DNA of 64,000 nt from IMG/VR virus record IMGVR_UViG_3300027963_000039; one strand, written 5' to 3'. Below the pieces are notes generated by a model. That model had not been told where the DNA came from and ran no database searches. It saw nothing but the letters and a program-made list of their open reading frames with translations. This DNA is from a virus. This document shows positions 1 to 10,072 of this stretch, in pieces. A program made the position numbers and the translations under genes. Every line of letters starts with the position of its first letter. Positions within the stretch are counted from its first letter, which is position 1.

Positions 1-1
1 A

Positions 2-2701
2 CCAAAAAGTTTAAAACTTTCAACAAATGATTCCAGATTTTTGAATATTAAAAATTTAAGGATCTTTGGTGAAACTTCCAAATCAATCGCTACAATTGAA
101 AACTCCATAATTTCAAGAAATAAAATAGAAGTTTTTATTTCAAATATTGAAAGACTATTTAACTCAGGTGAATTTGTACGTATTGTTGATGGCAACAATC
201 AAGATGTGATTGTTAATGGTTCTATAATGAGAGCCAAGATTGTAGGTCAAGTTAGTCAAATCAACGTAGCAAAAGATATTTTAGGTAACGCATTAAGAGG
301 ATCAAATTATGAAACAAATGATCCTGTGGTTGTTTATGGTGGTTTAAATCAAGAAATTCTTAATCCAGTTGGTGCTCAAGCAAAAGTTGGACAAACAACT
401 ACTGGTTCGATTCAACGTATCAATGTTACAAATGGTGGTTTTGGTTACAGAGTAACTCCAGACACGTTGTTGTCATTTTATGGATTAAATGCTTCATCTT
501 CAACACCTATTGCAACCGTATCGTCTGTTGATCCGACACCGTATAACAGAGCAAATGCAACTTTTATTCCTCAAGAAACAATTAGTATAAGACAAAATAT
601 ACAAATTGGAAATTCAGACTACATCTTTGCAAACGGTTATACGTTAGTGGTGAACACCAGTATGTATTCGGTCAATGCAAATACATTTCAATTGGGTGAA
701 GGTGTTTATCAGGGACCTAGTGCAAATCCAACTTTCTCGGGTATAGTTTCTAGATGGGATTCTGCCAATGGTATTATTAAATTGACCGGCGGTTCAGGTA
801 CACCATCAAGAAATGCAAACGTCATAAGCGTTGCAACAGGAAATGTGGGTAATGTCAGAGTATTTTCAACGGCAAATGCAAACACAACAATGGCTGAAGC
901 GTTTTCATTTCTCTCGTTGGAAACATATCCAATATCTTCCGTTGTTGTACAAAATGCTGGTGGCGGCATTAGAGTTTCTCCTACTATTATTGCAGACACA
1001 TACTATTCAGCAGACTCTTTTGATCCAACTAAAAAGGCCAATCTAAGATCGTTAGGTATTCTAGCACCAATCCGTATCGATTCTCCAGGTGAAGGTTATC
1101 GAATAAACGACACCATCAATATTATAAACGGATCAGGATATGGAGCATATGCAAAAGTAAGTAATGTAAGTGCAACAGGAGCAATCACAGAAACAACTTA
1201 TGTACAACAACAAGGTGCTGTTTATCCACTTGGTGGTTTAGGTTACGGTTTTGCTTTACCTGTTCTGTCTGTTACTTCTGCAAACAATCAGGCATCAAAT
1301 GCAGTATTGTCTGTCACGGCCGTTTTAGGTTCAGGTGCAACTTTTGATCCTGTTTTGGATAGGGTTGGTACAGTAACATCGATTGTTGTTACAGATGCTG
1401 GTGAAGATTATGTTTCTAATCCATCAGTATCATTAAAAGTTATTGATACACTTGTTGATGGTGCGGATATTTTAAATCTTCCACAAAAAGGTTCAACAGT
1501 TTATCAAGGTGCAGACCTAAACACAGCATCCTTCTATGCATATGTTGATTCAATTTCACAAATTACTTCAACGGTTGATGTGAATCCTGCATTGACAAAA
1601 TATAGTTTAAGAGTGTATGAATACAATTCAATACCTGTTGCTGGTTCAACTTTAAAATTCGTTGACTCGGATATTGAATTAAATCTTTTAGATGAAACTG
1701 TACCTTCCAATTTCTTCTATACAGGAAGTCCTGCTTTCACAAATGGTGTGAAACTATATGGTGATGGAAACGCAAGAGCTGTTGCTTCGTTCTTGAATGG
1801 TTTGGTAATTGGCCAAGGTCAGTATTTAAATTCACAAGGTCAACCAAGTTCATTCAACGTACTACAAAGTTCCATATACAACAACTACACGTATCAAATT
1901 ACGGTTGAAAAAGAAATTGCAAAGTACAGAGAAGCTTTATTAAATCTTTTACATCCAACAGGTATGAGAATCATTGGTCGATACAAATTATCGTCCAATT
2001 CAGATTACAATAATGTATTACATTCAGTTGGTTTGAATCGTGGTGATACATTATATCACTACACACAGACAAACAGTTCTAATGCTGTGATGTCTACAGA
2101 TTTCTCAAATACAAGTACAAACTTAGTAAAGTTTTATAATATTGGTGCTGGTACAAATATTGCAAACTTTATATTGGCAAACAGTTCTATTTTCTTGGCA
2201 CCAACAAATGGTCCAGACATAATTTCTAAAGCTCAATCTGTAGACTATGCCAATAATCAAGTGTATCTATCAGAAAGTATATTTTTAACATATGCAAATG
2301 TTGCTCACGCAGTAGGATCCAATGGATCAAGCACTATAAATATAACATCAGTTTATACAGATTCTTACAATATTGTTAACAATGGAGTTTATAGTAATAC
2401 TGCATACCCATTAAAAGATATTATATTTGCTGGTGATAAGATACTTGTAGCAAACAATACTGCCAAGACAGTACAGAGTATCGATTACACGACTGGAATT
2501 ATTACACTAACTTCCAGTTTAACGTCAAATGTAAACTCAAATGTTGCAGTAAGCAGAACGTTCTCAGCTGGAGGAAGTGCCGCAACCAGACAACAAGTTA
2601 GAATTTATGGTACTATTGGAACACAATATTATCCACAACTTGTAACTGAAAATGGTGATTCGTTAATAACAGAAGATGAAAATTTAATTCTTTTAGACTA
2701 G
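2..2701 (+). CDS. Baseplate wedge protein, gp7-like (5' truncated by window edge)
   Basis: Frame is open from position 2 (PKSLKLSTNDSRFLNIK). Repeated GxGY beta modules; LQSSIYNNYTYQI...LLHPTG motif typical of T4-like gp7; lies upstream of gp8. Confidence 0.7.
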   Translation, partial: PKSLKLSTNDSRFLNIKNLRIFGETSKSIATIENSIISRNKIEVFISNIERLFNSGEFVRIVDGNNQDVIVNGSIMRAKIVGQVSQINVAKDILGNALRGSNYETNDPVVVYGGLNQEILNPVGAQAKVGQTTTGSIQRINVTNGGFGYRVTPDTLLSFYGLNASSSTPIATVSSVDPTPYNRANATFIPQETISIRQNIQIGNSDYIFANGYTLVVNTSMYSVNANTFQLGEGVYQGPSANPTFSGIVSRWDSANGIIKLTGGSGTPSRNANVISVATGNVGNVRVFSTANANTTMAEAFSFLSLETYPISSVVVQNAGGGIRVSPTIIADTYYSADSFDPTKKANLRSLGILAPIRIDSPGEGYRINDTINIINGSGYGAYAKVSNVSATGAITETTYVQQQGAVYPLGGLGYGFALPVLSVTSANNQASNAVLSVTAVLGSGATFDPVLDRVGTVTSIVVTDAGEDYVSNPSVSLKVIDTLVDGADILNLPQKGSTVYQGADLNTASFYAYVDSISQITSTVDVNPALTKYSLRVYEYNSIPVAGSTLKFVDSDIELNLLDETVPSNFFYTGSPAFTNGVKLYGDGNARAVASFLNGLVIGQGQYLNSQGQPSSFNVLQSSIYNNYTYQITVEKEIAKYREALLNLLHPTGMRIIGRYKLSSNSDYNNVLHSVGLNRGDTLYHYTQTNSSNAVMSTDFSNTSTNLVKFYNIGAGTNIANFILANSSIFLAPTNGPDIISKAQSVDYANNQVYLSESIFLTYANVAHAVGSNGSSTINITSVYTDSYNIVNNGVYSNTAYPLKDIIFAGDKILVANNTAKTVQSIDYTTGIITLTSSLTSNVNSNVAVSRTFSAGGSAATRQQVRIYGTIGTQYYPQLVTENGDSLITEDENLILLD

Positions 2702-2709
2702 GGTAATAA

Positions 2710-3849
2710 ATGTCAACAGTAAAAATATCACAACTACCACTCATTACGGCATTAAATGCTAACACAGCCAATAGTTTGTTTATGGGTGTCGATATTCCAA
2801 CAGGCGTTACGGGTAAATTTACCGCACATACGTTGGCGGCAAACCTTTACTCTAACGAAATATTAAATGTTGGTGTCAATCAACAGAACTTACCTAATAC
2901 GATTGCACAATTTTCTTTGGGTGGCGAATCATATATCCAAACCAACCTCGTCAATACGAATGATGGTGGTACTGCTGACATAGTTGTAACCGCCAACGTA
3001 GGTTCTGGTGGTACGGATGCGGCCAACTTTATCGATATGGGTTATGCAAACAAGAACTATCAACCAGGTTCAGAATTTAATAATATTGGTAATGCGGTTC
3101 GCCCTAATGATGGTTACTTGTATGTACAAGGCACATCAGGTCAAAACTATGGTAACTTGACTATAGGTACCACTAGTGTCGGTGCTAACATAAACTTTAT
3201 TGCTGGCGGTGGTTCTGCACAAAACATCGTTGCAAAAATGACCTCAACTGGTCTAGTGTTGAACACACAATCATCAATTACATTCTCCGATGGTTCTTCA
3301 ATCAATACGGCACCGCCCACACTTACTTACACACAAGGCGTTAATACTTATCAAAATACTTACGCTCAGGCTGCGTTTGCAAAAGCTAATACCGCAGTTC
3401 AAAATACTGCTGTCATCCAACTACAATCGTTGACATTAACTGGTAATAATGATGTTACAGGTACTATAACTGGAAATAACTTTGTTGCAAATACTATTAC
3501 TGTTTCTGGTGTAGTTAATCCACAAAAAGGTTTCATTTACACACCAAACATTTACCCAAATTCACAGACAGCAATTACAATTGACTTTGCAAATAACTCG
3601 GTTGTTCGTGCTCAGACAGCTGCAGGTTTAGTTGTAACATTATCAAACTTTGTAATAGGTAAAGTTGTTGATGCATGGATTACAAATACTGCTGGCACAA
3701 ACCAAACATTTACTCATGGTGTTTCTGCTCTTAATTCAACAATTAATGCGACAACCTATAATATTCCAGGCACATCAACCATCTATGTAAAATACTGGAG
3801 TATTGATGGTACATTAACAAATACTTTCTGTTCGATTGTTCACGCTTAA
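2710..3849 (+). CDS. Virion fibre/structural protein with N-terminal KISQLP motif
   Basis: MSTVKISQLP start, T/N/G-rich beta composition, AQAAFAKANT coiled segment, baseplate context. Confidence 0.6.
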   Translation: MSTVKISQLPLITALNANTANSLFMGVDIPTGVTGKFTAHTLAANLYSNEILNVGVNQQNLPNTIAQFSLGGESYIQTNLVNTNDGGTADIVVTANVGSGGTDAANFIDMGYANKNYQPGSEFNNIGNAVRPNDGYLYVQGTSGQNYGNLTIGTTSVGANINFIAGGGSAQNIVAKMTSTGLVLNTQSSITFSDGSSINTAPPTLTYTQGVNTYQNTYAQAAFAKANTAVQNTAVIQLQSLTLTGNNDVTGTITGNNFVANTITVSGVVNPQKGFIYTPNIYPNSQTAITIDFANNSVVRAQTAAGLVVTLSNFVIGKVVDAWITNTAGTNQTFTHGVSALNSTINATTYNIPGTSTIYVKYWSIDGTLTNTFCSIVHA

Positions 3850-3859
3850 TAAATAAATC

Positions 3860-5218
3860 ATGGCAAACAAACAACTATTAACATACGGCGCAAAAGCAAA
3901 ACAGGTAGAACAAGCCTATTTTGCACCAACGGCCGGCGTCATTTCAACATACATGTTTTTGGCTAACGTTGATCCTTGGGATGACGATGCTAATCCGCCA
4001 GCACCAACACAAGACCAAGCATCAATTAAAAAAATATTTAAAAAAATATTTGCAGCAAAACAAGTTACAGTTAATGACATTACACCTGTTATTCAAAGAA
4101 TTGACTGGACATCTGGCGTCACCTATGATTATTATGACGATACTGTTGATATGTTTGAAATTGATCAAAACGGATATTTCGTCAGATCATTTTACGTAAA
4201 GAATAAGTACGACCAAATTTTTAAATGTCTATGGAATAATAACGATTCACCATCAACCAGTGAACCTTTTTTTCAACCCGGCAACTATAGTCCTAACAAT
4301 ATCTATCAGGGTGATGATGGATATAAATGGAAATATATTTACACGGTTGAAATCGGTACAAAAGTAAAATTTATGGACTCTGACTGGTTACCAATACCAG
4401 TTGGAGATAGAACACCAAATCCACTAACTAGTGCTGCCGGCGTTGGTTGTATTGATGTTATCAACGTAATAGATGGTGGTTCAGATTATGTTCCAGGAAC
4501 TTCTCCTATTACTGTAACGATTACTGGTGATGGTTCTGGTGCAACAGCGCAGGTAGCTAACGTGACAAACGGTTCAATTACTGATATTACCGTTCTAACA
4601 CCAGGAACAAATTATAGTTTTGCAAATGTTGCTATAACTTCCGCCAATGGTTCTGGAGTTATTGTAACTGCGCCTATTTCTCCTGTCTCTGGCCACGGTT
4701 ACGATCCAATTTCTGAACTAGGTTGTGCTCACGTTATGTATTGTGTTGAGTTTAATGGTCCAGAATATATTAACGGTGTTGTTAATGTTCCAACAGACAT
4801 CACATATTATCAAGTGGGTCTGGTCATCGATCCGGTTTCGACCGAAACAAGTCCAAATTTTGCTAACGGAACAATTTATAGAACAACAACCGATTTGACA
4901 GTAGCTTCTGGTTTTGGAACATATCTCTCGGATGAACTTTTGTATCAAGGAACTTCTTTATCAGCATCAACATTTAAAGGTACTGTACTGAGTCACGATA
5001 CAGGAAACAACGTGGTAAAGCTGATAAATACAGTAGGCACACTAACTTTTAATGCACCGGTTTTTGGAAACACCACACGGACTGTGAGAACATTGTTAAC
5101 AAGTTCATCACCATCATATGTTGTTTCTTCTGGTTATATGGCATACATAGAAAATAGGTCCGGCATACAAAGAAGTAATGATGGTATAGAACAATTTAAA
5201 ATTATATTAGGTTTCTAA
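3860..5218 (+). CDS. gp8: Baseplate wedge subunit gp8
   Basis: RIDWTSGVTYDYYDD, FKCLWNN, DGYKWKYIY and C-terminal YIENRSGIQRS..EQFKIILGF motifs. Confidence 0.85.
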   Translation: MANKQLLTYGAKAKQVEQAYFAPTAGVISTYMFLANVDPWDDDANPPAPTQDQASIKKIFKKIFAAKQVTVNDITPVIQRIDWTSGVTYDYYDDTVDMFEIDQNGYFVRSFYVKNKYDQIFKCLWNNNDSPSTSEPFFQPGNYSPNNIYQGDDGYKWKYIYTVEIGTKVKFMDSDWLPIPVGDRTPNPLTSAAGVGCIDVINVIDGGSDYVPGTSPITVTITGDGSGATAQVANVTNGSITDITVLTPGTNYSFANVAITSANGSGVIVTAPISPVSGHGYDPISELGCAHVMYCVEFNGPEYINGVVNVPTDITYYQVGLVIDPVSTETSPNFANGTIYRTTTDLTVASGFGTYLSDELLYQGTSLSASTFKGTVLSHDTGNNVVKLINTVGTLTFNAPVFGNTTRTVRTLLTSSSPSYVVSSGYMAYIENRSGIQRSNDGIEQFKIILGF

Positions 5219-5227
5219 AGGAAAAAA

Positions 5228-8200
5228 ATGGCTCTGAATTTTAACGTAGACCCGTATTATGACGATTTTGATCCGTCTAAAAATTTCCATCGCATACTTT
5301 TTAAACCAGGTGCTGCTGTACAAGCTCGGGAATTAACTCAATCCCAGACAATTTTACAGAATCAAATATCAAATTTTGCCGACAGCATTTTTTCTCAGAA
5401 CACACCTGTTACTGGCGGTAAAGTAACAACGAATTTAAATTGTCATTACTTAAAATTAAATCTACAATACAATAACGTCAACATTAGTGCAGCTTCTTTC
5501 TTGAATAAAATCATTCAAGATTCTACTGGTACAATTATTGCAAAAGTTATTGCTACATCCGAATCTACCGGTACTGTTACTGCTGCAGGTGATCCACCTA
5601 CTTTAATTCTTTCTTACTTATCCGGCATACATTTCTCCGACAATATGTTAATTGTACCAACTGACGGTACAAATATTGGCGCAACAACCATTGGTGCTAC
5701 AGGTGGTACAACTTGTTCTGGTCTTTCTTCTGTTGCTTCTATTTCTGATGGTGTTTTCTATGTTGTAAATGGTTATTCTCAATCATCGACTGCAAACCAA
5801 GACGGAAGCTTTACAAAATATTCAATCGGTAATTTTGTTGCTGTACAACCACAAACAATCATTCTTTCCAAATACGGAAATACACCTTCCTATCGTGTAG
5901 GACTGTCCATAACAGAGACAATTGTAGACTACGTTAATGACTCATCACTATTAGATCCGGCTGTTGGAGCGTCTAATTACCAGGCTCCTGGTGCTGATAG
6001 ATATGCAATCATTCTTTCATTAATTGCTTTGCCTTTATCTTTAGGTAGTGATGATGCGTTTATTGAATTGTTGAGAATGGAAAATGGTGATATATTAAAA
6101 CAAGTCGATAATACTGTTTATTCGGTAATCGATGATTATTTTGCTAAGCGTGATTATGAAAGTAACGGCGATTATATTGTTAATGATTTCAAATTAACTC
6201 CATCAGCCAATACTTCCGATGGTGCAAAATATAATTTAAGTGTTGGTAAAGGTGTTGCATATGTACATGGTTATCGTATAGAGAACCAATCACCATTAAC
6301 TATTGTTAGTGACAGAGCTCGTGCAACAAAAACAATTGATACAAACAACGTTTATTTGGACTACGGAAACTATTTCTATATTGATACGTCCAATGGTTCT
6401 TTTGATATCACCACGATGCCTGTTGTTGATTTGCATTGCGTAGAATCAATCAACATTTCCGCAAACAACAATGGTGGTTCAGCTAACGCAAACACATATT
6501 CATCAACTTTAGTTGGTACTGCTCGCATTAGAGACTTGCAATATGTGACGGATGGTGGCAGTTCAAATACAAAATCATATGTTTATCAAGCATATGTTTC
6601 AGACATTTCAACCAGAACAATTTCAGGCGTAGCCAAAGTTTCTGGTTCTTCTGTAACAACTTTGGCTATTGATGATGGTAGTCGTGCAAACTTTTCCACA
6701 TCAGCCAACGCATACTATGGAATGACAGTCACTATAACTGGTGGTACATCCTCAGGTGACATCCGCACCATTTCTTCATATAATGGAACAACAAAAGTAA
6801 TTACTGTTACATCTCCGTTCACTTTTGTTCCTGATGCAACCACTCAATTCAAATTAACTTTAACACCAAAGAGTGTCGAGTCTATTGTTGTTAAAGATGC
6901 TGCATATTCTTTCTCTGCAAACTCCAATATTAATACCATTTACGGTAAACAAAGTGCTGTAGTAACTGGTGACACCGTGTTAACAAATCCTGGATATCCA
7001 GAGATGGTTTTCACAATTGGTAATCCATATGTTGCGAATGTATCTAGTTCCAGTTACACATCAACAAAGATTTATCGTAACCAAGCGATCTCAAACACAG
7101 TACCATTAACCATATCCGCAACAGGAACATTTACTTTCATCGGTAATGGTGCATTAAGTTCTGATGCAAAGAAACAAAACTTTATTGTTGTCAGCAAAAC
7201 GACAGGCCAAATATTGGATTTCTCGACAACTGGTAATACAATTACTGTAACAAGTGGAACACAAGCAACGTTTTCGACCACGAAATGGAATGATACAGTT
7301 GATATTATTGCAAACATTAATATTCCATATGCAGATCATGCTACGGATGGTGGTCTGGTATTAAAATCTAAAAACTTAGTTACTGGTAATACGACAGCTG
7401 TTGGAACATTAACTGCTGTAACAGGCACATCAAATACAACAATTGATTTGACAAAAGGTCAAACGTATATTACTAACGCAACAACTAGAAACCCACAAAT
7501 TTCGTTGTATGTTTCAGATGTTAAGAAAATTAAAAAGATTATTGACACAGGTGCTCCAGGTACTGCGCCAACAGCAGCAATGCTAACTGCTGCTCAGTAT
7601 GATGTAACAAATCAATATACACTAAACAATGGCCAAAAAGATAGTTTTTATGACCATGCTTATTTGAAACCTTTAGTTGGTGCAGCAAAAGGCAATTTGT
7701 TGGTGGTCTATGATTTCTACACACATGGCGGTGGTGATGGTTACTTTAGTGTATTATCATATCAAGCTACTGGCGGCGGTTTCTCAACATCGCCAGAGAC
7801 ATATTCGGAAATTGGAAGTTACACAGCTTCATCAGGTAAAACATATCGTTTAGCTGATTGTTTAGATTTTAGACCAGTTAGAACAAACGCAACAACAGCA
7901 ACTACTTTCAACTATCAGAATTCTTCTGCTTCAAGAGGTATGTTGTTGCCACAAAACTTGACACAATTCCAAAGTTCTTATGCTTACTATCTTGGAAGAA
8001 AAGATATATTGGTATTGAGTAAAGACAAGAGTTTTGAAATCATCCAAGGTGTTCCATCTTTAACTCCTATATTCCCAATACAACCAGAAGGTTCATTGTT
8101 ATTAGCTAATCTAACACATGATCCATATACTGCTTATGTTCCTGGTGAAAATCCAGGAAGTATAGTTTCGAACCTATCGATGAATAAGGTTTCACACAAT

Positions 8201-10051
8201 CGTTGGGCCAAGAGTGACATTTCTAACTTGCAGGCCCGTGTTAATAACCTAGAATACTACACCTCTTTAAGTGTATTGGAACAAAGCGCACAATCACTAC
8301 AAATACCTGATGCAAATGGTTTGAACAGGTTTAAGAACGGTATTTTAGTTGACGATTTCAGTTCATATGGTACTGTTGATTCTGCTCATCCAGATTTCTT
8401 GGCAAACATCAACATCAGAACAAGACAATTAACACCAATGACTCCTGTAACAAACTTTCAGTTACAGAATCCACAAATTCTTGCGAGTTTGGGAACATTG
8501 TCTAACACAAACACATACGCTGTGTCGAGTATCAATGGTACAGGAACAAACATCTTTACTCTACCATACACCAGAGCGAATGTTGTAACTCAACCGTTGG
8601 CATCATCAACAGTAAGTTTAAATCCTTTTAGTGTAAACATATTCCAAGGTGTTGCAGCATTAACTCCACCAATGGACAATTGGGTTGACACATACAATGC
8701 ACCTGCAATTTTAATTAGTGACCCAAACTTACAGGTTTATCAAACAAACGGTGGTGCCACGGCTCTAAACGCTGGCGATTTCGCTACTGTAGTGGGCACT
8801 CCTGCACCATCGAAAACGACAAACAGTTCTACTGGCATTGGTAACGGAATTGATACTTCAACGTATGCAAATCAAATTACAACTTACAATCCGATTTCTG
8901 TTGCAATGCAAACCAATAATGGTTATCTGACCAATGCAACACTATTACCATACATCAGAGCTCAAGAAGTTGGTGTACGTGTTAAAGGATTATTAATTAA
9001 TACTCCCATATCCGCATGGTTTGATGGTGTAAGTGTTGATGAGTATATGACATCACCAGATACAGTAGAGTTGAAGCAGGTTGGTGGAAAATTCCAAGAA
9101 GATGACGTTGTTGGTTTCTTTACAAACAACAACTTCTATCCAACAGCTCGTGTTATGGGTATCTATAACTATCCAGGAACATCTAACACACGACTATATC
9201 TGTCATCGGTTCCTGGTGCACCAGCATACACAAGTTCAACTGTATTGCAAAGAGGTGATTTTGATGTAAATGGAGATTACATCACTACAAGTAATACTGC
9301 TTGGGGTTACCTTGCATCAGATTCTTTCCGTCAATCAATCAGTTTGACTGGTCAAATTACCGGCGTTGGTGGTTTATATTTACCTAATTCATTAACACCA
9401 ATTCAGATTTATAAAACAAATTATCCAAACATTTGGAATGATTTCATGAATCAGTATGCCGTTTGGGGAGATTTGAATCGTTCGAGTACATTTACGTATC
9501 AACCAAAATGGATACCTGAAGTTTCTGGAACATACACGGTTATTGCATCCTCAACTGGAACAAGCCATACTGTAACAGCAAATAATGTTTCTCTCGGACT
9601 GGGAACACTAAACTTTACAACAACAACTTCTGTAAATTATACAGTTGCTGCAGCAAACGTTGGTAATCCAGTTTCAATTAACGTATCTGTTACTGGCGGT
9701 GTGACCAATTCTTTCATACCTGGATTTGCAATGATCATTAAGGATCCAAACGACATGGTTGTTTTCAGAACAGATGCACCACCAAACGCAACTTATTCTG
9801 ATGTGACCGGAGAAGAAAATCTTCCTGAAGGTGGTACATATTTTACAGGTGTGACAACTATTCAATTAGATTCCAAAGCATCTTCGGCAAATGGATACTA
9901 TGTTGGATCAAAAATAAGTATTCAATCGAAATACGTATATAGTGTGACCCAACAAACTGCTACATACCATCCAGCACAATCGTATAGATCACCAGATGGT
10001 GATTGCAGTTGGTATGCACCTGCATATGCGACATTTGAAACTAAAGCTTAA
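5228..10051 (+). CDS. DUF4815/VrlC-like large virion structural protein, N-terminal part
   Basis: NVDPYYDDFDPSKNFHRILFKPG..VQARELTQ, APGADRY, NLEYYTSLSVLE, RFKNGILVDDF motifs. Confidence 0.85.
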   Translation: MALNFNVDPYYDDFDPSKNFHRILFKPGAAVQARELTQSQTILQNQISNFADSIFSQNTPVTGGKVTTNLNCHYLKLNLQYNNVNISAASFLNKIIQDSTGTIIAKVIATSESTGTVTAAGDPPTLILSYLSGIHFSDNMLIVPTDGTNIGATTIGATGGTTCSGLSSVASISDGVFYVVNGYSQSSTANQDGSFTKYSIGNFVAVQPQTIILSKYGNTPSYRVGLSITETIVDYVNDSSLLDPAVGASNYQAPGADRYAIILSLIALPLSLGSDDAFIELLRMENGDILKQVDNTVYSVIDDYFAKRDYESNGDYIVNDFKLTPSANTSDGAKYNLSVGKGVAYVHGYRIENQSPLTIVSDRARATKTIDTNNVYLDYGNYFYIDTSNGSFDITTMPVVDLHCVESINISANNNGGSANANTYSSTLVGTARIRDLQYVTDGGSSNTKSYVYQAYVSDISTRTISGVAKVSGSSVTTLAIDDGSRANFSTSANAYYGMTVTITGGTSSGDIRTISSYNGTTKVITVTSPFTFVPDATTQFKLTLTPKSVESIVVKDAAYSFSANSNINTIYGKQSAVVTGDTVLTNPGYPEMVFTIGNPYVANVSSSSYTSTKIYRNQAISNTVPLTISATGTFTFIGNGALSSDAKKQNFIVVSKTTGQILDFSTTGNTITVTSGTQATFSTTKWNDTVDIIANINIPYADHATDGGLVLKSKNLVTGNTTAVGTLTAVTGTSNTTIDLTKGQTYITNATTRNPQISLYVSDVKKIKKIIDTGAPGTAPTAAMLTAAQYDVTNQYTLNNGQKDSFYDHAYLKPLVGAAKGNLLVVYDFYTHGGGDGYFSVLSYQATGGGFSTSPETYSEIGSYTASSGKTYRLADCLDFRPVRTNATTATTFNYQNSSASRGMLLPQNLTQFQSSYAYYLGRKDILVLSKDKSFEIIQGVPSLTPIFPIQPEGSLLLANLTHDPYTAYVPGENPGSIVSNLSMNKVSHNRWAKSDISNLQARVNNLEYYTSLSVLEQSAQSLQIPDANGLNRFKNGILVDDFSSYGTVDSAHPDFLANINIRTRQLTPMTPVTNFQLQNPQILASLGTLSNTNTYAVSSINGTGTNIFTLPYTRANVVTQPLASSTVSLNPFSVNIFQGVAALTPPMDNWVDTYNAPAILISDPNLQVYQTNGGATALNAGDFATVVGTPAPSKTTNSSTGIGNGIDTSTYANQITTYNPISVAMQTNNGYLTNATLLPYIRAQEVGVRVKGLLINTPISAWFDGVSVDEYMTSPDTVELKQVGGKFQEDDVVGFFTNNNFYPTARVMGIYNYPGTSNTRLYLSSVPGAPAYTSSTVLQRGDFDVNGDYITTSNTAWGYLASDSFRQSISLTGQITGVGGLYLPNSLTPIQIYKTNYPNIWNDFMNQYAVWGDLNRSSTFTYQPKWIPEVSGTYTVIASSTGTSHTVTANNVSLGLGTLNFTTTTSVNYTVAAANVGNPVSINVSVTGGVTNSFIPGFAMIIKDPNDMVVFRTDAPPNATYSDVTGEENLPEGGTYFTGVTTIQLDSKASSANGYYVGSKISIQSKYVYSVTQQTATYHPAQSYRSPDGDCSWYAPAYATFETKA

Positions 10052-10072
10052 TAGATTAATTGGAAAAATAAA

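Noticed and set aside
10049-10072. Programmed readthrough joining the two VrlC-like ORFs
   Set aside because: Two consecutive stops (TAA TAG) and a separate SD-like sequence favour independent translation
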